Source: Candidatus Krumholzibacteriota bacterium
GTDB lineage: Bacteria; Krumholzibacteriota; Krumholzibacteriia; JAJRXK01
Length of the DNA: 64,000 bases
Direction: 5' to 3'
NCBI GenBank assembly: GCA_963764625.1
Contig: CAVXTH010000003.1
Span: forward strand, 32,001 to 96,000
A program made the position numbers and the translations under genes. The notes under the pieces are model-generated. The model did no database searches, was not told where the DNA came from, and saw only the letters and a list, made by a program, of their open reading frames with translations. Below, piece by piece: positions 59,110 to 64,000 of the stretch; position 1 is the first letter of the stretch; each line of letters starts with the position of its first letter.

Positions 59110-59888
59110 CCCTCTCTCGCCTCGAGGAATCCAGTGAGAGGACTCGAAGCCTCCGCCGTCTCGCGCCGCGGAGCCAGTCCCGCTGCGTAGGCGACCCGTC
59201 CGGCTCGCACCGCTTCCCTGAACGCACCGGCCATCGCGGCGGGGTCGCGTGATACCGCGATCGCGGTATTGACGAGCACCGCATCCGCTCCCATCTCCAT
59301 GGCGCGGGCCGCGTGACTCGGAGCACCGATGCCCGCGTCCACCACCACCGGCACCGTGGCCTGCTCGATGATGATCGCGAGGCTCGCCTCGGTGCGAAGA
59401 CCCTGGTTGCTCCCGATCGGGCTTCCCAACGGCATCACGGTGGCGGCGCCCGCCTCTTCCAGACGCTTGGCCAGAACCGGGTCGGCCGGCATGTAAGGAA
59501 GCACCGTGAAGCCGTCGGCCACCAGCAGCTCGCAGGCCTTGAGGGTTTCGACCGCGTCGGGCAAGAGGTAGCGCAGATCGGGCGTGACCTCGAGCTTCAC
59601 CCACGAGGGCAAGCCGCTGGCCCGCGCTAAACGCGCGAGCCGCAGCGCCTCGTCTGCGTTCTGCGCTCCACTCGTGTTGGGGAGAAGCAAGACCTGGTCG
59701 GGATCGATGAAGTCCAGAATATCCTCGCCCGAAGACTGCGGGTCCACGCGTCGCAGGGCCACCGTCACGATCTCGGTCCCACTCGCCGCGATTGCCTCCC
59801 GCATGGAGGGGCCCGTGGGAAACTTGCCCGTGCCCAGGATGAGACGGCTGGTGAAGCTACGGTCGGCGATGATCAGTGGCGAGTTCAT
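59106..59888 (-). CDS. thiG: Thiazole synthase
   Basis: [43 protein letters not shown]. Confidence 0.96.
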   Translation of the reverse strand: MNSPLIIADRSFTSRLILGTGKFPTGPSMREAIAASGTEIVTVALRRVDPQSSGEDILDFIDPDQVLLLPNTSGAQNADEALRLARLARASGLPSWVKLEVTPDLRYLLPDAVETLKACELLVADGFTVLPYMPADPVLAKRLEEAGAATVMPLGSPIGSNQGLRTEASLAIIIEQATVPVVVDAGIGAPSHAARAMEMGADAVLVNTAIAVSRDPAAMAGAFREAVRAGRVAYAAGLAPRRETAEASSPLTGFLEAREG

Positions 59889-59925
59889 GGTGTCCGTCCT
59901 GGGGCTGGGTGATCCTCCGAGGGGC

Positions 59926-59953
59926 AATCTAGCAGAGCCTGGGGCCAAGTCAA
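59926..59953 (-). promoter_or_regulatory. Putative sigma70 promoter of the thiG operon
   Basis: TTGACT-16 nt-TAGATT with TG extended -10, 37 nt upstream of the thiG ATG. Confidence 0.55.
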
Positions 59954-60120
59954 TGTGTCCCGCCCCCGGGACCTCGGCCCTCTTCGGGACAGCTCCCGTC
60001 CGGCGAGAAACGGCCTTGTGCCCCTGGCGAGCATTTCGCAACTCACTTGAGTACAGAAGATTTCGCGATCGACATCAAGCAAGTTCCGAGTTGGCCCGTC
60101 CCCTGCCTCTGTTAGGGGGC

Positions 60121-61230
60121 ATGCGTCGATTTCCGTACCCACTGCTCTCTTGGCTACTCTCTGGGCTGCTCTCTTGGCTACTGCTCGCCGGCTGCCGTTT
60201 CCCCTTGGTGAGCTCGCCGCCGGCCGAGGTGTCGCGGCCGGAGGACCTCACGGCCGCTCCACTCTCCGTTCTGCTCCATGACACCCTGACTCTGCGCCTG
60301 CGCGTCGTCGATCCCGACCCCACTCTGCGGGGTCTGCGCGTGAGCTGGGGCGCGCAACGCGTCACCCTGAACGGAAGCGCGCCCTCCGAGCTTTCGCTCC
60401 TCCGTTTGCCGAGTTCGCCCGCCGATCTCCGGGTCGATCCCCTACCCCTCAGCGCCCCCTTCACGCCCCTCTTCCTGCCCCTCTTCGAAGATCGCCAGGA
60501 ATTCGAAGTGGCCCTCCTACCGCTCAGCGACTCCGCGGGGCAGGTCTACGCGAAAGACCTCGATCTGCTCACCGAACTGGTCCGTCCCTTCGACGGGGGC
60601 ATCATCCGCCGCTGGCCGCTGCAAACCCTGCGCGTCGCGCTGCCCGCGCCACAGTCAGAGGTCGACTACCTGGGAACTCTCCGCAACGCGGTGGCAATCT
60701 GGAATCAACTCCTCCAGGTGGAGCGCTTCGTTCTGGTTCCCCTGGGAAGCGAGGCGGAAGTGGTGTGCGAGGTGTCGGAGGAGAGCAGTCTGGGTTACAC
60801 GCGCCTCGTCTCCCGAGACTCCCAGCGTCGTCCTCTGAGTATGCTGGTGCACCTGAGTCCGCGCTGGACGTCCGGGGCCGAGCGTTACGTGCAGAGAGCA
60901 TGGTTGCACGAGCTGGGTCACGTCCTGGGTCTATGGGGACACTCCCAAGATCCCACGCACGTACTCTACGCGCATTTCATCGCGGTGGACACGCCCTCGG
61001 CGCAAGAGGTGAAGATCGCGCGCTGGCTCTGGTCCGTCCCCTCGGCCACCCATCTGGGCTGGTACGACCGGCCCGATTCAAATCAGGATGGGCGCCGCGT
61101 CGTGCTCGTACCGACCACTCGCTTGATCATTCGACCCGCAACTGCCACGGCAATCGAAACTGTGGAGTGCCATCCATGGCCGCCAGACTCGAGCGCTCGG
61201 CCAAAAGCAAGCTCTGCAGCAAGGGACTGA
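60121..61230 (+). CDS. Lipoprotein zinc metallopeptidase (matrixin/metzincin-like)
   Basis: Lipobox LAGC; HELGHVLGLWGHS zinc motif. The 3' end overlaps sppA by ~100 nt, so the true stop may be earlier. Confidence 0.7.
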   Translation: MRRFPYPLLSWLLSGLLSWLLLAGCRFPLVSSPPAEVSRPEDLTAAPLSVLLHDTLTLRLRVVDPDPTLRGLRVSWGAQRVTLNGSAPSELSLLRLPSSPADLRVDPLPLSAPFTPLFLPLFEDRQEFEVALLPLSDSAGQVYAKDLDLLTELVRPFDGGIIRRWPLQTLRVALPAPQSEVDYLGTLRNAVAIWNQLLQVERFVLVPLGSEAEVVCEVSEESSLGYTRLVSRDSQRRPLSMLVHLSPRWTSGAERYVQRAWLHELGHVLGLWGHSQDPTHVLYAHFIAVDTPSAQEVKIARWLWSVPSATHLGWYDRPDSNQDGRRVVLVPTTRLIIRPATATAIETVECHPWPPDSSARPKASSAARD

Positions 61231-62974
61231 GAGAGTCCGCGCCGGTGGGCATCTGGGCCGAGCTGTTCCACAAGAGTCCGCGGACAATGCTTTGCATCAT
61301 GCTCGGACGCGGCCGGTAACTCACCAGACCGACGGTCTCGTCGGCAGGAATCCCCGCCAGCTTCTTGGCGGTCTGCAGAGCTTCCTCGAGTCCACCCAGT
61401 CCGTCGACCAGTCCAAGTTTCATCGCGTCTTCCCCACTCCACACTCTCCCCCGCGCGATCGAGTCCGCCTGCGCGAAACTCATTCCCCGGCCTTCCGCCA
61501 CCCGGTCGACGAAGCGCTCGTAGAAGCGTCTCAGTTCGGCGCGAATCTCCTCGCGCTGCTCGTCGGAGAACGGTCTGAGATCGGTGAAGAGATCGGCGTT
61601 GTCTCCACGAGCGATCACCTCGTGATTGATCCCCACTTTCTGGTACAGACCGGTGAGATCGGCCTTGCCCACGAAGACCCCGATACTTCCGGTGAGGGTC
61701 AGGGGCTCGGCCACGATCGCGTCCGCGGACATCGAGATATAATAGGCTCCGCTGGCGGCAAGATTCCCCATGCACACCACGAGCGGCTTCTGCGCGCGGA
61801 GACGCTCCAGCTCGCGCCAGATGAGATCGCTCGCCAGGGTCGATCCACCGGGGGAATCGACGCGTAAAACCACTGCCTTGACCTGATCGTCCTCGCGGGC
61901 CCGCCGCAGGCGCTGGATCAAGGTGTCGCTTCCCATGAATCCGGAACCGGGGCGCGCGTGCCCGGGAACGATGTCCCCCGTCGCGTAGATCAGCGCCAGG
62001 CGGACCCGGCGGTCGCGGTGAGGAGCCCGGTAGGCCGCGTCCAGATAGTCCAGGGCACCGATCGTCACCAGGTCCTCTCCACCACTCCCCAGTTGCGCCC
62101 TCAGATCGACGGAATCCACCAGGCGATCGACGAGACCTTCCTCGACCGCGCCCTGCGCGTCGAAATGCCCCCGGTCGACCAGGTCTTCCATGTGGTCCTT
62201 GGAGAAGCCGCGCGCCTTCGCCAGCGCCCGGATCCAGGCGTCGTAGACCGCGTCGACGTAGACCTCCACCTCCTGGCGCGCGGGGTCGCTCGGCCCCTGG
62301 CGCGTCCAGGTTTCCGGCGCGGACTTATAGGCTCCAATTGCAATGAAATCAGCCTCTACGCCCAGTTTACTGAGAAGTTCCTTGTAGTAGGTCATCTTGG
62401 CCTGAAGCCCCAGGACGAGCAGATTGCCCTCCGGTGCCATCGCGATGGAATCGGCGGCGGTGGCGAGAAAGTAGGCGCGCGATCCAGCCAGACTCAGATA
62501 GGCCCATACCGGCTTACCCGCCTCGCGTAGCTGCTGGAGGAGAGTGCGCAGCTCCTGCGCCTGTGCCCACCCTCCCGGATAGAGGTCGGGGCGCAGGAGC
62601 ACGCCCTTGATGCGCGGATCGACCTTTGCCCGGCGCAGGGCCCGCACGAAGTCCTCGTGGCTGGGCTCCTCGGGCCGCAGGAGAGAGGAGAGACTCAGGG
62701 CCTCGCTGGTCTGCTCGGGATAGGTCTGGCCGAAGGAGAGTTCGAGCCAGCTCCCCTTCTCCACCGTGGGCCGTCCGCCGAAGAACAGCGAGCGAAACCC
62801 CAGATAACCCACAACGACCAGCAGTGCGAGAAGCACGAGGCCCAGCCACTTGCGTGAGGGCCGCCCGGAACGCGGCCTTCGGCCCCGGCCACCCCCTGTG
62901 GGCTGGGAAGAAGTGGGAATCGATGGAGTTTCGGTTCTCCTGCCGCCTGGCGGCGGAGGCGGGAATTGACTCAT
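61127..62974 (-). CDS. sppA: Signal peptide peptidase A, long two-domain form
   Basis: GAYKSAPE, LRVDSPGG, MGNLAASGAYY, TGSIGV, GRVWSG. Confidence 0.93.
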   Translation of the reverse strand: MSQFPPPPPGGRRTETPSIPTSSQPTGGGRGRRPRSGRPSRKWLGLVLLALLVVVGYLGFRSLFFGGRPTVEKGSWLELSFGQTYPEQTSEALSLSSLLRPEEPSHEDFVRALRRAKVDPRIKGVLLRPDLYPGGWAQAQELRTLLQQLREAGKPVWAYLSLAGSRAYFLATAADSIAMAPEGNLLVLGLQAKMTYYKELLSKLGVEADFIAIGAYKSAPETWTRQGPSDPARQEVEVYVDAVYDAWIRALAKARGFSKDHMEDLVDRGHFDAQGAVEEGLVDRLVDSVDLRAQLGSGGEDLVTIGALDYLDAAYRAPHRDRRVRLALIYATGDIVPGHARPGSGFMGSDTLIQRLRRAREDDQVKAVVLRVDSPGGSTLASDLIWRELERLRAQKPLVVCMGNLAASGAYYISMSADAIVAEPLTLTGSIGVFVGKADLTGLYQKVGINHEVIARGDNADLFTDLRPFSDEQREEIRAELRRFYERFVDRVAEGRGMSFAQADSIARGRVWSGEDAMKLGLVDGLGGLEEALQTAKKLAGIPADETVGLVSYRPRPSMMQSIVRGLLWNSSAQMPTGADSLSPLLQSLLLAERSSLAAMDGTPQFRLPWQLRVE

Positions 62975-63117
62975 GGACAGTCTCCTGCTCGTGCGGATCC
63001 GCACGAAAGTATGCGGCAAGACTCGGCTCTCCGCAGCCAGCAATCTTGAAGCCAGTTGTCTCCTTGTCCGTGCTTCGCGCTCGTGCTTAGTTCTCTACTA
63101 ACCGCAAGGAGGAGAAA

Positions 63118-63543
63118 GTGGCGCATCATCACTACCGTTTCCGGGTTCCCTTCGCTGACGTCGATCACGCGGGGATTGTCTACTACCCGCGGCTCTTTCA
63201 CTACTTCCATCTCGCCTACGAGAGCTGGTTTCACGACGCGCTACACCGGCCGTTTTCGGACTTGTTCTCCTCGGTGGGGATCAGCACCCCCGTCGTCCGG
63301 GCCGAGGGCAATTTCTCCGCTCCCCTCCGCCACGGCGACGAGGTGGAAGTCGAGACTTGGGTCGGTTCTCTGGGAGGAAAATCGTGGACCCTCCGGTTTC
63401 GTCTGAATGCCGGAGGAACTCTCTGCGCGGAAGGTTCCGTGGTTCACGCGTTCGTCCGCGTTCCTGCGATGACCCCGATCGAGATCCCCACCGAGTGGCG
63501 GGGGGCCGCCCTAAAGTGGCTCGATGCGGAGCCAAAGGCCTAA
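63118..63543 (+). CDS. Hotdog-fold acyl-CoA thioesterase (4HBT/YbgC family)
   Basis: RVPFADVDHAGIVYYPRLF, PLRHGD; GGAGGAG RBS. Confidence 0.88.
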   Translation: MAHHHYRFRVPFADVDHAGIVYYPRLFHYFHLAYESWFHDALHRPFSDLFSSVGISTPVVRAEGNFSAPLRHGDEVEVETWVGSLGGKSWTLRFRLNAGGTLCAEGSVVHAFVRVPAMTPIEIPTEWRGAALKWLDAEPKA

Positions 63544-64000
63544 CCGGTCGCACCGAGCTCCCGATGAAGATAGGCGCGCGCCTTGATCCAGTCGCGGCGC
63601 ACCGTGCGATCCGTGATCCCCAGGGCGGCCGCGGTCTCGATCTCGCTCATGCCCGCGAAGAAGCGGCATTCCACCACGCGAGTCAGCCTCTGGTTCAGCT
63701 CCGTCAGTTTGCTCAGCGCCCGGTCGAGGTCCAAAAGGAGATCGGCCTGTTGCTCGACCTGCAGGGTCTCGATCTCCAGATCGACCCGTTGCCAGCTCCC
63801 GCCGCGCTTCTGCGACGCGTGCCGGCGGGCGTGATCCACCACGATCTGGCGCATGGCCGTCGCGGCCACCGCGTAGAAATGGCAGCGGTCGTTCCAGTCG
63901 GGCGACTGCGCCGCCGCCAGCTTGAGAAAGGCCTCGTGGACCAGAGCGGTGGTGTTGAGAGTGCGGTCCTTCTTCTGTCCGATGAGCTGACGTCGCGCGA
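63540..64000 (-). CDS. ECF sigma factor (TIGR02999-type), 5' end beyond the window
   Basis: TLNTTALVHEAFLKL, HFYAVAATAMRQIVVDHAR, VVECRFFAG, TVRRDW..AR. Confidence 0.9.
   Translation of the reverse strand, partial: ARRQLIGQKKDRTLNTTALVHEAFLKLAAAQSPDWNDRCHFYAVAATAMRQIVVDHARRHASQKRGGSWQRVDLEIETLQVEQQADLLLDLDRALSKLTELNQRLTRVVECRFFAGMSEIETAAALGITDRTVRRDWIKARAYLHRELGATG

Noticed and set aside
59889-60120. TPP riboswitch upstream of thiG
   Set aside because: No CTGAGA or ACCTGA core is visible, and the candidate promoter lies too close to the start codon.
60142-60186. 12-bp tandem repeat encoding LLSWLLSGLLSWLL
   Set aside because: Low-complexity signal-peptide core; in frame, with no sign of phase variation.
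63540-64000. TIGR02999-type ECF sigma without its usual downstream Ser/Thr kinase
   Set aside because: The gene is cut by the window edge, so its context cannot be judged.

Overview
GC-rich bacterial chromosomal window. It is probably from an FCB-group lineage such as Latescibacterota, Krumholzibacteriota or Eisenbacteria, inferred only from the FlgD-Ig/CTD-type sorting tail at ~54.9-55.2 kb. It is mostly housekeeping: metH, a complete nuoA-N operon (fused nuoCD), pabB/pabC, two tandem GAPDH paralogues, an isocitrate/isopropylmalate-family dehydrogenase, an MFP-RND-RND efflux cluster, djlA, thiG-thiH-thiS joined to a LeuCD/homoaconitase pair and a class II aldolase, sppA, and a divergent succinyl-CoA-synthetase-like pair plus citryl-CoA lyase. 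I found no rRNA, tRNA, CRISPR array or mobile element. About ten single-base frameshifts (including one in nuoM) look like long-read indel errors. The most striking object is the secreted protein at 52793-55207, a three-repeat scaffold (S/N-N-I/L-GSSG-Q/E-DGV). It carries five short peptides that match hallmark motifs of unrelated proteins: two tyrosine-kinase motifs (GPVRWMAPESL, LHAEGIVHRDIATR), a VgrG motif (GDPDRPIILG), a baseplate-protein N-terminal motif (PPRLDDRNFE) and the HU N-terminus (MNKADLIE). Four of the five sit where the scaffold has a few matching residues, suggesting an undescribed peptide-grafting or diversification process. All family assignments come from motif recognition, not database searches.
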